A DNA stretch of 64,000 nt, from assembly GCA_010015805.1 (NCBI GenBank), contig ML978126.1:310001-374000 (forward strand), in the 5' to 3' direction. This stretch comes from Rhizodiscina lignyota (Eukaryota). The notes under the pieces were generated by a model, which worked only from the letters and a program-made list of their open reading frames with translations, searched no databases and was not told the DNA's origin. Positions 36,403 to 48,547 of the stretch are shown one piece after another. How positions within the stretch are numbered: position 1 is the first letter of the stretch; each line of letters starts with the position of its first letter. Both the position numbers and the translations under genes were made by a program.

Positions 36403-36953
36403 CATAACTATGAACCGGGAACGGTGCGACGCAATCAATGCTCGCATTCTTGTGAAGTTGGACCTTTTGGTGTTTTCGAATACCGCGTCTCGCTTAGCAT
36501 GGGCAAAGGCTTGCTTGTATCGCAATTCCAGCACTGGGATATTTGCGTAATGTGGGTTGTCCGATTGCCCATTTTGTATAATGTTGAACGACATATCTGA
36601 AGCATGCACATAGCTCTTGTTCTGCAATTAAACCTTGTTCTCCTCATGGTATATTGATCGATCGATAAGCACTCTTCGTATACAAAGGTGGTGGTATTGA
36701 CATGGCTTGCCGTACAGCAGTGAATTGAGTAGCGACCAAAATCGTGGCCGCCAGCTCAGAGAGTCCTTCCAAAGTGGAGTTCATGTTGAGAAGATTTTCG
36801 GATCTGTAAGTCATCAATAGCCACGTCTCTTACATGATGTGGAATTTCAGTTCGAGTTATGATTTGAGCAAGCATCCCCCCTCAAAAGCGATTGATACGC
36901 CTGCTGGATCGGCCAACCGGGCATTTCGATGTACGCTTGAGCGTCTCCGCAAG

Positions 36954-37800
36954 TTACATCCTTGAAGTTGAGAGTTCACTAGGTCTCTCGACAGTCTCGA
37001 TTTCGGCGGGAACGTGGCTATACGGCTGCCGTCCATGTGCGCGTTTGTACTGCTCTTGCGAGGCGAGGGTGTACTCTTTTCGCTGCCTCATAACTCGACG
37101 GCCCCATATAATTATTATCACTTGTGCGATCAGAAACACAACCCCAATCCCCACGCCTACTCCAATACCGGCCTTTGCTCCTGGCGATAGCCCCCCGGTG
37201 GAGGCCGGAGTTGTTGTCGATGGAGAAGATGTTGTTGATCCGATCTTAGTGGTGGTTGCGCCCAGAACAAGTGGTACATAGACTGCGTCGCTCTGGGACC
37301 CGCTCGACGAACAGCAGCCGTATGCATCTTGGCCACAGCACCACCGTGTCGTGTTCCATGAGTCACCACACGGGGTCAGTGAGACAGCTTGCTGCACATG
37401 CCAATGGATTAGTCTCGCATCATAGCTATTGTTTGACTCGATGGCCTCTTACATCTGTTCCGCAAAGTTGATTGAGACACCCATCCCAATCCTTAGCCGA
37501 GCATCCGTTGCGGGCATATTGAACAAACTGGCCAGATTCGTTACGATAGATGAATTGACAAAGCCCGTTCGGGAGGCAGATATCGCGGGATTTGTTGAAA
37601 GCATTATCACCTTCGCCAGGTGCGACTGTTCGATTCGTTGCGCAGCACATCGATGTCGTTCCCAGTACTTGGTTGCAGGGCAGCTGCTCTAAGTTATTCT
37701 GGATGGTGTTATCTGGGGCGTAGCATATTGGTACAGCTGGTACGTCGACAGCGAGAACGATGCTGAGCAGGAGAGGAACAATCCTCCAGATGAATGTCAT
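36954..37800 (-). CDS. Single-pass cell-surface protein with Cys-rich ectodomain and Ser/Thr stalk (Mid2-like architecture); intron 37392-37452
   Basis: Signal peptide MTFIWRIVPLLLSIVLA. Cys pattern CYAPD..C...MCC...DICLPNGLC...C...C...C..LTPC...WCCG...CC, then a Thr/Ser tract, TM GLSPGAKAGIGVGVGIGVVFLI and a basic stop-transfer segment. Confidence 0.85.
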
Positions 37801-39667
37801 GGTGTCGATAGTGGAGGTTCAACGACAGAAAATAATAAAAACACAGTGAGACAGCTAAAGAGAAGGCAGATCCCGGGAGTCGATTTCATATGTTCCAGCC
37901 GCTTGTTTCGCCACTGTCGTACAAGGCTGGAAGGATTCCTGCACGGCTCGAACAAGAAGCACTGCAAGGCTGAAGAACTACTGTGAGGCTGCTTGTTGTG
38001 TTGCCATAAACAAGTCTGCATCTGCGGAGTGTGTGAGAAATCTGTAGCCTGAACCCGCCATCGCCTGCACTATCTCGAGAGTTTCATCAGGGAAGAGTCA
38101 TTCTTGTTGGAGCAAAACCAAAGAATCGTTAGAGAGTCATCCATGGACTCATGAATATCCAAGAAGTATGGCCTCCGCCTTGAGGATCGGATCGGACGAC
38201 GGCCGTCTTACGCATCATCCTAAAAGCAATAAACCTTAAAGATCCTAGTAATAGTTAAAATGGCGTAGTGCAAGTGATGAAAACGCAGCAAGCGCCTCCA
38301 CAGCGATGTAGGTAGAGATGTATTGTCGTCATTAGTTCAGTACGGACGTAAGTATCGTATGCGCATAAGTGTCGCGCGGCTTGGCAGACATGTGCCAAAT
38401 TTGGGATGTCTATCCAATACCTTCCGATAAAGTGCATATCTAATTTCAAGTTTAGTTACTGAATAAGTTGCGGCCTTCTGGTCGATTGGTGTTTCTTCTT
38501 GAAGATTTTACGCAAAGCACGTACCCAATGTCGCCGTCCCATTGATCTTTCGCGCGGCTACAAAGCAGTCGAGATTGGGAGCACGAGATTAAACTGTTGC
38601 ACTTCAAGGCTATTAGCATTTTTCCCCTTTCCCCATCACAGGGTTGCAGTGAGCCCAGTAGACACAATGCGATGTGAGAAGGTTGGAATTTCGGCTCCCG
38701 AAGGAAATTAAAGCATACGATATGCCAGGATAACGCCGGTTGCTGCCGAGCTGGGGAGAGCACGTACTGCCAATATATCTTTCAATGAATGCAGTCTTCC
38801 AAAAGCTATAACTACAAATCAAACTGGTGCCATACTGTATCTAATTGCTGCATCTGATACGCACGGGGAAGATCTTTACAGCATACCTCTCTTGTTACGG
38901 AGAGTAAAGATAATCCTCCCCCAGTCAATGTCCAGCAAGTCGACCGATAACTTTCCTCTCGGAAATAGCAAGACTTTGAAGCCCCTCAAAAATCTGGCTG
39001 GAAATACGGTGTTCTTCCACCTCAGTGATCTACACGTTCGAGAGCTCCATAATCAACGACTGGTATGTAGCTTCCTTAAGCTATTGCGTATATTGAAGAA
39101 CAATCAAGGCAGAGGTCCATCGATGAGGGAATTTCGGTATTGAGATGATCAGCATGGAATGCCATCTACATTGTCTGGACTGTTAACATGGAATCGCATT
39201 CGATTCTGCGTGTTTCGTCCAGCCATTCCATGCAGAAGGTAGGAGGGCCCTCGTCTTAACGAAGGGTATAATGAGCTCCGCGAGCACAGTCAAGCTTTGA
39301 AGGGTCATCTTGGATGATACAAAGCTGGTATGCGTTGCGAAGATTGTCCTTCAGATCTTATTTCTTGACTTGTGTGGCTTGAACGAATTGCCGGGATGAA
39401 ATCAGAGGCAGCTGTCATCGTCTGCTCAGGTTGAAGGCCATCGTGAGATCCATCCGCGGGAGGTAGGCCGCCATAGAGGCGGCAAAATCCGCCGATTGCT
39501 TTGTCTTGCAGCGTGTCGATCGGCTTGACGATGATTCCTATTTGACGTCTGCTCGGTCCTCATCCAATGCAGGAGCGAGGAAAGTAAGAAGGCAATCTGT
39601 GTATCAATATCTCATCCTTTGGTCAATGTTGTTGAGCTTTCTCAAGCACCATCCTCTCCACTGGCAA

Positions 39668-40611
39668 TCACAACTGCTCTCCGATCCACTCCCACCATCC
39701 ACTGATATCGGAACCGTCTGCCCCAATAACATTCCCACCCACAACCTTAATCGGCACATTAACCTCCTCCATCTGGCCAAATTCGAACTTGCCCTCCCCA
39801 CCATCGCCCAACCACTCCCTCTCTTCCTCTAGTGTCTCGTCTTTCACCGCACTATCCAGCAGTCCCTTCGCTCTCGTCGTTCTGATCCTCGTAATCTCCG
39901 CCTCGAGCGCGCTCTTTACCAACTGCGCCGGAAGGGCGGTAAATAAATCCAGCTTATTCGCCGCAATCAGAACTGGAAGCTCGGGTGGGCCTTTGGAGGA
40001 CTTAGCGCCCGTGTAGCGCTTCTGTAGCAAGAGCAGTATATCGTGTAGGTATTGCGCCGCTTCGGTGAGGCCGGCAGCTGAGCGGCCAGGCGTGTCTGAG
40101 GATAAGCTTGCGGAGTCGACCACAAAGATGATGCCTTTTAGATGTGGTTGGGGTTTCCGAAGCTGTTCGAAGGCGTGGTTGCGCAGTTTGCCATGGCCCG
40201 GAGTGTCGATAATGAGGAACTTGGGGCGTTGTTTTGCGGTTGGGTCATGCTCGGAGCGGTACTTTTGAGAATCTGCTTTGGTCGATGGGGGGAGTTGTAC
40301 TTGAACGGTGGACGGGGTTTGGGAGAGATGTGTCGGTGCTGGAGAACCATTCTCGAACTTTACAGAGCTTTGTTAGGATGTAATTGAATGATACGATATT
40401 CGAATTTACATACAACTGTGAGGAGAGACGTCTTTCCAGACCCACTAGGTCCAACGAGAAGGAAAGATGGGAGGCTCGTAGGTGTCCTTGCTCGGTAAAG
40501 AAAGGTGTGCACGAGGATTGGTAGAAGGAGTGCAACAATAGCTGTGACAATTATCACGGGGAGAGAGGGGCCCCAGGCCTTCGTAAGAAGATCTTCCAAT
40601 CGCTGGTTCAT
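39668..40611 (-). CDS. SRP102: Signal recognition particle receptor beta subunit; intron 40358-40413
   Basis: N-terminal TM anchor, P-loop GPSGSGKT, IIDTPGHGKLR, GIIFVVDS and VLIAANKLDLFTA. Confidence 0.92.
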
Positions 40612-40835
40612 TTTGGTCGGCAGGACGTGCAATTCACAACTCTGTGTCCTGTGCCAGATTTCAAAGAAGAGAGAAGTGGAAGGAAATGTTTCAATGCCCG
40701 GGAAAACCTCGGCTGTATACGGACAGTGATATCAGCGAGCAGGCGGGCGAAGCTCCCATGTCAGGTAGCTAGGTCGTCAAGCTCCTACTATTCTGGAGCC
40801 TCAGTTTCTTCAACAGTATTCTCTAGACCGACAGA

Positions 40836-41408
40836 ATGGCGGCTCCTGCATCAGAGTACAAAGACCGCCAACTAATCGCCGTCATTGGGGATGAGGTATT
40901 CAATTCAGTACTCTCCATCTCGTATGCCGGACAGCTAACTCCCTTGGAACCACAGGACTCTGTAACAGGACTCCTCCTTGCTGGTGTTGGTGTAGGTCAA
41001 TTGACTCTTTCACGCCGAATATATAAGTGATATTTTGTGCAGCACGTCAACCCACCGCCAGACGCGCAAAAGAACTTCCTGGTAGTCGACCAGAAAACCG
41101 ACAACGCCGCGATCGAGGCAGCCTTCGATCGATTTACAGACGAGCGTAAAGATATTGCCATCTTACTTATCAACCAACACGTACGTACAACAGAGCTTCT
41201 AAGAGCAAGCTCTTTACACTCGAAGCTTTGGATTGGGAGGTGCAGTGGGCTGATATGAGAATGGCAGATTGCGGAACGGATACGACATCGTGTAGACTCC
41301 TATACGGCTGCCTTCCCATCGCTGCTGGAGATACCGTCGAAGGATCACCCTTATGATCCAGAAAAGGACAGTGTCCTGAAGAGAGTCAGAAGGCTGTTTG
41401 GTGAATGA
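40836..41408 (+). CDS. VMA7: V-type proton ATPase subunit F (four exons)
   Basis: [20 protein letters not shown]...KNFLVVD...[56 protein letters not shown]. Confidence 0.96.
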
Positions 41409-41772
41409 ACAGAGGCATCAAATTCCATTTTGCAGGTCCATCAGATTCACCATGGGGAATGCTTACGTTCAAGGGCAAGAGTTGGGGCCAATTCAGCCTG
41501 CTTATACAGTCATATAGAGCACACAGCATGGAGTTCATATTGGGGTATGAATTGACATAGCGGCAATGAGTGCCGCATGAACAAAACTATCTACTTGAAC
41601 AGACCGTCACCGTACGAATATAAAACATTAAGACCGGACTATTGTACACGCAGCCGGTATGAGCCATGTTGCTGGACGAAAAGCAGGCCAAGAACCCAAG
41701 ACGAGGTCAAGATAATGCGAACATCAGTGTGTCATTAAAGGAGCCGAGCGAGACGGGATGGAGGTCGAAAAT

Positions 41773-42453
41773 CTAGTGTCGCGAAAACTGGATGCTGGCT
41801 TGAAGGCACGTAATCTTCTTGCCATCTTTTGTTGTGACGTCCGCGATGACGGAGTATTTGCCCTAAATCCGACTATCAGTACAGTGTCCAGTGCTCCATC
41901 GTAATGACGCCACATACCGGTGGGATTTCATTTGGCAGGTTCACGTCCTTCGATAGTGTGAGTTTACCCTCGTCGATTGGGCACTCGAGGTTGATGTTGC
42001 TCGCTTGATCGCATAGGTCCGCGTCTTGTTTGATCAAGGTGATGAGACCGTACTTGACTTGGAGGTGGATTTTTGCCCCCTCCTCAATCTTCTCCTTCAG
42101 GTCGCCGGTTGCAGTTATCTGGAGTTTCTGGCCTCTGCTCAGGAGTCAGCCTATTGTGCCACTAACGAGTATGTACCATGCTAATGTGCGGATTGGAGAG
42201 CCCGCAGATAGACAGATAAGGCGGTATGGTCCGAACAAAGACGGGAGACTCACGCCGCAGGTGGGTTTGGATCCAGATCAACCTTGTCGATTTCCAGTGT
42301 GTTATCTTTTGGGTCGTCGCAGAAAAACAGCGGGTTCTCTCCAGGCACCTTGTAGTCCTCCGTCAAGTGTACTTGCGAGCCGCCGAAGTTGACGCCGAAG
42401 CCGGCATACGCATACGCGACGAAGAGGGCGAGGAGAGGGGTGAGGAACTTCAT
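41773..42453 (-). CDS. NPC2: Phosphatidylglycerol/phosphatidylinositol transfer protein (NPC2/ML domain), secreted; two introns
   Basis: Signal peptide, [27 protein letters not shown]...DLCD...LECPI, LPNEIPP-GKYSV and ITCL. Confidence 0.92.
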
Positions 42454-43075
42454 CTTGGATGAATATGTATATCGGAGAGGAGTTTGAATGTGGAACGAAG
42501 GAGGAATGGGATGAGCGAGGATGATAAAAGACTTGCACAGAGGCTGAGCCGCTCGAGAGGCGGGCAAGTGACTGAGTTGATGACGGAAGGCTGCGATCCT
42601 TGCACAGATGCACGTGCGGTTGGAGAAGTCGCTTTAGCCGCATAAAATGGCTTGGCGAAGGCTGGAAGCACCGCAGAACTCACCTATCTAGTCTTGACAG
42701 TATAATTTATCATTAACTGAGTTTAGGTAGAATCTCTTTGGATCAAGTATAAATTAATATCGACTCTCCTTGAGGATTACTATCAAACCGCACAACTGGG
42801 GTATCATAATGCAGAATACACAATGCTCCGCCTGCCCAACATCAGCCGTTCCCCATCTCCTATCCATCATTATAAATCCTCACATTAAGTGTCTTTCTAG
42901 GAGACATCCCAAAGATTCCTCACTACAGTATCCTGGTGAACACCACTGATGCATCGGCCATGCTACTGTTAAACTCCCACCCCTAGGCGCCTAGCATTGA
43001 GAGCTGGCGAAGACTGTCGCCCGTTCTTCAACTGAAGTTGACTAGGGAGAACGAGCCAACTCAATAGTCTGCAAT

Positions 43076-43845
43076 CTATTTCCCAGTCGCCTGAGGAGAG
43101 AGCCAGGCCCACGTGACATCAACTCTTCCACTCGGTTCTGGCGCTAACTGGTCGAACGCGCCTGTGCTGACATCGAGATCAGTTGGTTGGCATCCAACGC
43201 ATCGATCAACAACAGTCAGGTCGACACTTCGTTCAGAGCCGACCTCTGCATAGTACCGCGTCGCCCGAATCTTCTGTCCACATAGCGGGTTGGCATTCGG
43301 ATCTGAACCAGTCTGGGACGCATCAAACAAACTGTGGCTGACGGCAACGACATCTTGGTTCTCAGTAGAGGTAATGCCGCAAGCACCGAGGCCAACACCG
43401 TAGTACGTCAAGTCTCCCGTGTGCTTCTCCGCGTTGTTCGGGAGCGGTAAGCTTTGTGACCCGCTGGAATCTTTAGTCTCTGCGCTGGAAGAGAAGGCCT
43501 TGGAAAAGCTTACCTGGAGAGCTTCTTGCCTTTGCTAAGCCCAACACCAAGCCCTATACCAATCGCAGCCAAAACAAGGATCACTCCTGCTATGATGATG
43601 ACGAACCACTTCCTGTCGATGCCCGCCCAGGGATATGGCGAACAAACGCATCCAGCACGCATCTTTCGTTTGGCTTTCTCCGAGAGACCCGAAAATGGAG
43701 ATTTACCGGAAGGCAATGAAGGGACCACCAGTATCAGACTTCGACGTTGTTTTCGATCCTCGATAGGAGGGAGTTCCCAGTCAGGTACCTGCGTCCCTGG
43801 CGCGCCAGGAATTGGCGGCTCCGCGCATTTTGTAGTTGAGTCCAT
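43076..43845 (-). CDS. Membrane-anchored RlpA-like double-psi beta-barrel / expansin-like protein (Asp f 7-like); intron ~43465-43513
   Basis: TM segment (WFVIIIAGVILVLAAIGIGLGVGL), then GDLTYYGVGLGACG, VVAVS, NPLCG and VVDRCVGC...DLDVS..AF..LA..GRV.VTW. Confidence 0.88.
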
Positions 43846-44415
43846 GTCGTGCAAAGCGCGCCAATGTTGCTATCGCTGTATTGAAGGCCTCTGGCGCATG
43901 GTTGTACAGTGAAGAAAGTGCAGCACGTCGGCGCAAGCGCGGCGGTTAGAGTGGAATGAATTTCGACGTGATCTTAGAGCCTCAGGGGTCGAGTCTGGGG
44001 TATGGAATGTCCGTGCGCACCCTGAAAATAGGCAATTTCTAGGCTTGCGTGGCGCGATCGATCCATCGGCTTCCGAAATCTAAATCTTCAAACCACGACT
44101 CCTTCCCCTGCTCCTCGCGTGTTGTACATATTGAATCCTATACTACATACCTCACCCTTTCCAATCAATGCGGTGTGTTTGCTTTTGAGCGTTTCAAACG
44201 CCACACCCCCGCATATCCAACGCCAAACGTCCCGCACGTCGCGCTACCAGTGCTGCCTACTGTGGCGAAATTTTGTTCAACAACCGTTCACCCATCAACC
44301 CCAGGCTTTTGCATCACAAAGATGAGCAAAACATCCAAAGGAACGCCGTTACTCACCAGACCGGCACCCTGAGGGATTCAGAAGGGGTCTGGAAGGCTCT
44401 TCAATCACGACAGCC

Positions 44416-46482
44416 ATGGCAGCCGCACCCGCAGGTCCGTCTACCTTTCGAAGCAAGTGGCGAGTTAGGACGGCGCCAGCAGCTTCATCTCCATTGCCAG
44501 ATGTTACAGGAACTTCGAGAAAGGCGGCTTTGGGCCAAGTTTCGGCAAGATTCAATGTCGAAGAGCCTCCGCTCCGGGAGCTCAATGCAGCCTTACGAGT
44601 CCTCGTTGAAATCTTTCCAAACGTGCAGCCCGAGGTTTTCCGGGAAATGCTCAGTAACATTAGTGAGGAGAGCAGACTTCAGATTGTTACGGAGAACCTG
44701 CTGAAGAACGAGGGCCAGTGGGTTCGCGGGCGACTAAGAATAAGTGCACGCCCGGATCCTGCAAGACCATCCACCCCAAGAACTTCCCAGGAAACATGGA
44801 GCCACAGCATACTGTCAACGGAAGACAGGTTCAGGAGTCTATCGTATAGGACTGCGGTATCAGAAGCACTCTCTCAAGAATTCAAGGGCCTGAGTCAATC
44901 TGCCATTCGTGCAGTGCTGGCAGAATCCAACCACTCATATAGCCGAGCACGGTCGATACTTCTTGACATCTCAGCAAAGTCTTGGCGATTCTCATTTACA
45001 CGCTTCATCTTTCGACGGAAAACTCCAACATCAACTGACCATCCACTCATAGCATGGGAATCATGCCGTGTTGGGACCACATCGGTCATACAACCAACGT
45101 TACGGTTCACCCCAAGCACTGAATTGAATCTGGAGCTTTGGAACACGCTCGTCCAGCCCGTCTTGGACAAGCAAAAGTTCGACCGTGAGCGACAAGATTG
45201 GGAGTATTCGAAGAAGATCAACGAAGACCAGGCACAAGAGCTTAATGAGTTGTACGATTGCGAATGCTGTTTTATTCCTTACGCAATGGAGCATCTTGCC
45301 GCATGTACCGATGGGTGCCACTACATATGCTACACATGTATCAGGCGCACGATCAATGAAGCCATCTTCGGACAAGGTTGGGCAAAGAGCATGGATCACG
45401 AGAAGTGTACTGTCAAATGCATCGCTCCTACCTCTGGAGATGGTCATTGCGAAGGTTTCATCCCAGCCATCATGGTGCAGCAAGCCATAGAAGAGGAACC
45501 TGATGGTGTCGACATCTGGGCCAAGGTACACGAACGATGTGCTGCAGAGGCTTTGATCAAAAGCCGGATGCCTCTGATTCGATGTCCCTTCTGCGTCTAT
45601 GCCGAGCTGGATGACTTTGCAGTCCGGAAATTCCGATGGAAATTCCGACCATTGCCAATGCTCATGTTGGGCCTCTTCTTCGCCACCTCTTCTGCTTTCA
45701 TCCTCCGATTCGTTTCTCTCCGCCATGTTGTACAGCGCATCCTTGCCCCGATATTACTTCTACTCGCCTTCAATTGGGCTTGCTCATATCCGCTTCCCGG
45801 TAAAGGCCTCATCAAAGAATCGGTCCTCCGCGTCGCGCGTAAGCGCAGAGGCCTGAAATTCACCTGTCTCTCGCCACGGTGCGGCCGCTCTTCCTGCCTA
45901 AACTGTCATAAACCCTGGAACGACATCCACATCTGCTTCGAGTCGTCGAAGCTCGCACTGCGCGCCGCCGTCGAGGCTGCGACCACCGATGCCATCAAGC
46001 GCACCTGCCCCGTGTGCAGCCTGTCCTTCGTCAAGGCCGCCGGCTGCAACAAGCTCACGTGCGTGTGCGGCTACACCATGTGCTACGTGTGCCGGCAGGA
46101 GATCGGCAAGGAGAGCTACACGCACTTCTGCCAACACTTCCGCCAGCGCCCCGGCGAGCCGTGCCACGAGTGTGAGCGCTGCGATCTGTATAAGGTCGAG
46201 GATGAGGACGAGCTGGTGCGGCAGGCGGCGCTGCGGGCGGAACGGGAATGGTGGGACGGTGCGGAGAGGGATGCGCGTGCCGACGATGCAGACGATTTGG
46301 AAGTTCCTGATGGAGAGGGCAATCGGCAGGACGCTGATAGAGAGCGATGGCGTGGCATGGTCGAGGCGGAGACGTTAGGGTTGACGAGCAGGAGCAGGGT
46401 GCATGCCTGGGTGAGAGGGATGACGAGCAGGGCGTTATGGGAGAGGGTTCTGGACAAGACACTGGGCGAGTTTGTCGAGTAA
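44416..46482 (+). CDS. RBR (RING-IBR-RING) E3 ubiquitin ligase, RNF216/TRIAD3-like, with CUE-like N-terminal helices
   Basis: RING1 CECC...C..GCHYICYTC...C...C, IBR CPFC...C...C...CLNC....H.C, and RING2 CPVC...FVKAAGCNKLTCVCGYTMCYVCR followed by YTHFCQHFR..PG.PC.ECERCDLY. LVEIFPNV is CUE-like. Confidence 0.88.
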   Translation: MAAAPAGPSTFRSKWRVRTAPAASSPLPDVTGTSRKAALGQVSARFNVEEPPLRELNAALRVLVEIFPNVQPEVFREMLSNISEESRLQIVTENLLKNEGQWVRGRLRISARPDPARPSTPRTSQETWSHSILSTEDRFRSLSYRTAVSEALSQEFKGLSQSAIRAVLAESNHSYSRARSILLDISAKSWRFSFTRFIFRRKTPTSTDHPLIAWESCRVGTTSVIQPTLRFTPSTELNLELWNTLVQPVLDKQKFDRERQDWEYSKKINEDQAQELNELYDCECCFIPYAMEHLAACTDGCHYICYTCIRRTINEAIFGQGWAKSMDHEKCTVKCIAPTSGDGHCEGFIPAIMVQQAIEEEPDGVDIWAKVHERCAAEALIKSRMPLIRCPFCVYAELDDFAVRKFRWKFRPLPMLMLGLFFATSSAFILRFVSLRHVVQRILAPILLLLAFNWACSYPLPGKGLIKESVLRVARKRRGLKFTCLSPRCGRSSCLNCHKPWNDIHICFESSKLALRAAVEAATTDAIKRTCPVCSLSFVKAAGCNKLTCVCGYTMCYVCRQEIGKESYTHFCQHFRQRPGEPCHECERCDLYKVEDEDELVRQAALRAEREWWDGAERDARADDADDLEVPDGEGNRQDADRERWRGMVEAETLGLTSRSRVHAWVRGMTSRALWERVLDKTLGEFVE

Positions 46483-47933
46483 GTTTGTGTATTTGTACAT
46501 AGCAAGCGGCGCGACCTCGTCTTAATATTCCGCCGATTGGAGCGAACGATGGCTTCGCCCCTTCACACTCCCTCCTTAGCATCCCCTTAGTAGCCCCTTA
46601 GCCTTTATTCCCGCCTTTCTTGGCACGAGCCAGTCGATGACAGCCTTCACGCGTGACGAACTGCTCATGCGCGGGAGCCGTAAGCGTGCGCGCGACGCTA
46701 GCACCGCCTCCGAGTCAGTTCAGCACGTTGATGCCCGGTGGAGCTTCGTCTTTTGGTTCCGGCTGCATTAGCAGAGAGGATCGGGCCGCACTTTTTCGTG
46801 GTTCATCCTTGCCGGCACGGGAGGCTAGCGGAGCCGTGCCAGGGCCATTCCTTGCATGTTCGCGAAGGAGGCAACGAGGCAGAAGAGTGCGTTGCTGCAC
46901 TACGCCCTGCCGCATGTGGCATCGCGGTCGTATGTGATGGTATGGGCCCCGGGAGTGACTCGCTAGGTTAATTGGATAAAGGTGGGCTAATTTCGAGGGA
47001 TATCTGGTGCATCATTGGCTCGTTATAGTAACCCTCCATCGCAAATGCAGGATTTGGAGGCTTAATTGCACAGGTGACGACAAGTTATCGTAGCGTGTAG
47101 CCGAGGAGGGAGATTAATGCACCTCTCAGCCCGTTCGCGCCGACGGCCCTTTTCGGGATCCTCCTCGAAATCCTCTCGCAGCTCAAATCCCATTCCACAC
47201 CCAAATCAGAGACTATTTGAGCGTGCGCAGAACACCTATGCAATGCGAGAAGGAATCGTTCATACTACTATATCGCTGCAAGGAAGGTGACGCGATCATG
47301 CATATCATCTTCACCTGTCAACGCTGTGTAACCACGACGTCGGGAAGGCTTGCGCCGCCGTGAACTCTTGACGGCAATGCACACGATAACTGAAATCAGA
47401 CAACACTGGACGGATTTATCTTGTGCTGGCCAAATTAGGATGAATTGAACTACCCAAAGGGGTGGTGTATTGACTTTAGGACGCAAATCATGAGGGCCAG
47501 TGAGGCCATCGTAGCTCAGACGATCGTATGGATTGTGCGACATTACAGGACGTATGTTTTCGAACGGTAGAGATAGTGTAAAGAATGAGAGGTCGTGCTA
47601 CAGGACGACAGAGGCTGAAATACGGCGGGAAAGCTCTGAGGAGTGCGGTGTATTCGGTCAGAGACCATTCGAAATCTGCTGCAAGATCTCGCCTTGAGGA
47701 AGCGTGCGAGAGCACAAACGACCTGAAAATTCCGTCCCAGCAAACAATGAAACACCGTCAACGATGCGAGCCTCAAGTTGTGACCGCAAGATGTTCGATC
47801 TTCGGCTTTTCCAAGCTTTTTCGGGATGCCTTCCGAATAAGGCGTGTAAAAATACAAGATAACCCTCCGTGAGAGTCAAGGGCGCCCAAGGCTTATCGAA
47901 GCGTCGACTTTGCACACAGCCAGGAGGCCGTGG

Positions 47934-48547
47934 TTAGCCTTGGGAATATCGAGCGTAGTAAGACTGCTGTTCGCTGGAGGAATAAAGTCCATTCGTGGAA
48001 TCGACTTGCTGGCGTCGTGTGTTGATCCGCACACAGGCTTCATATGCCGCGTCCTCTCTTGCGTTGTTAATTGAACGACCGTCGTACCAGTAACGCGCTG
48101 GTATGACTTCGCCGCTAACTTCGACTCTGCAAGACCAGGCTGTCCTTCCTCCTGAATGGCAGGATGTTAGTTTAGATGGTATCAGGCGGAGAATCTGATG
48201 AACTTCTTGGTGCGACGTCTGAATAAGTTTGTTTGGAGCGCAACTTTTGACGTTGGTAATTGCTTTTGCCACTCGCAGTGTGCTCAGCTGTCGCAACAAA
48301 CAGAGCTAGAGTCGCTCAAAGTGTTTGTTCGTGAATGAATAAGTAGTAAACTGAAGCCTTACCTCTTCTATCGGACACCAACTCGTAGTTTGGCGAAGGC
48401 CTCGAAGGCAGTTGCGAACAGAGATCTGAGCAGATTAGCGAGGAGAAGGAGTTGTTTTGGGAAGGCCGGAGACGGACTTAGAAGTCCCTTTTGGTATCTT
48501 TCAGGATCGGGCGGGCTTTGACCGGCTAGGGCGGGTGACTGTGACAT
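47934..48547 (-). CDS. Small protein with one dsRNA-binding-domain-like fold; introns 48426-48477 and 48152-48362
   Basis: Spliced product YQKGLLNLCSQ...PNYELVSDRRG-GRTAWSCRVEV...ARYWYDGRSINNAREDAAYEAC fits the alpha-beta-beta-beta-alpha dsRBD pattern. Confidence 0.8.
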
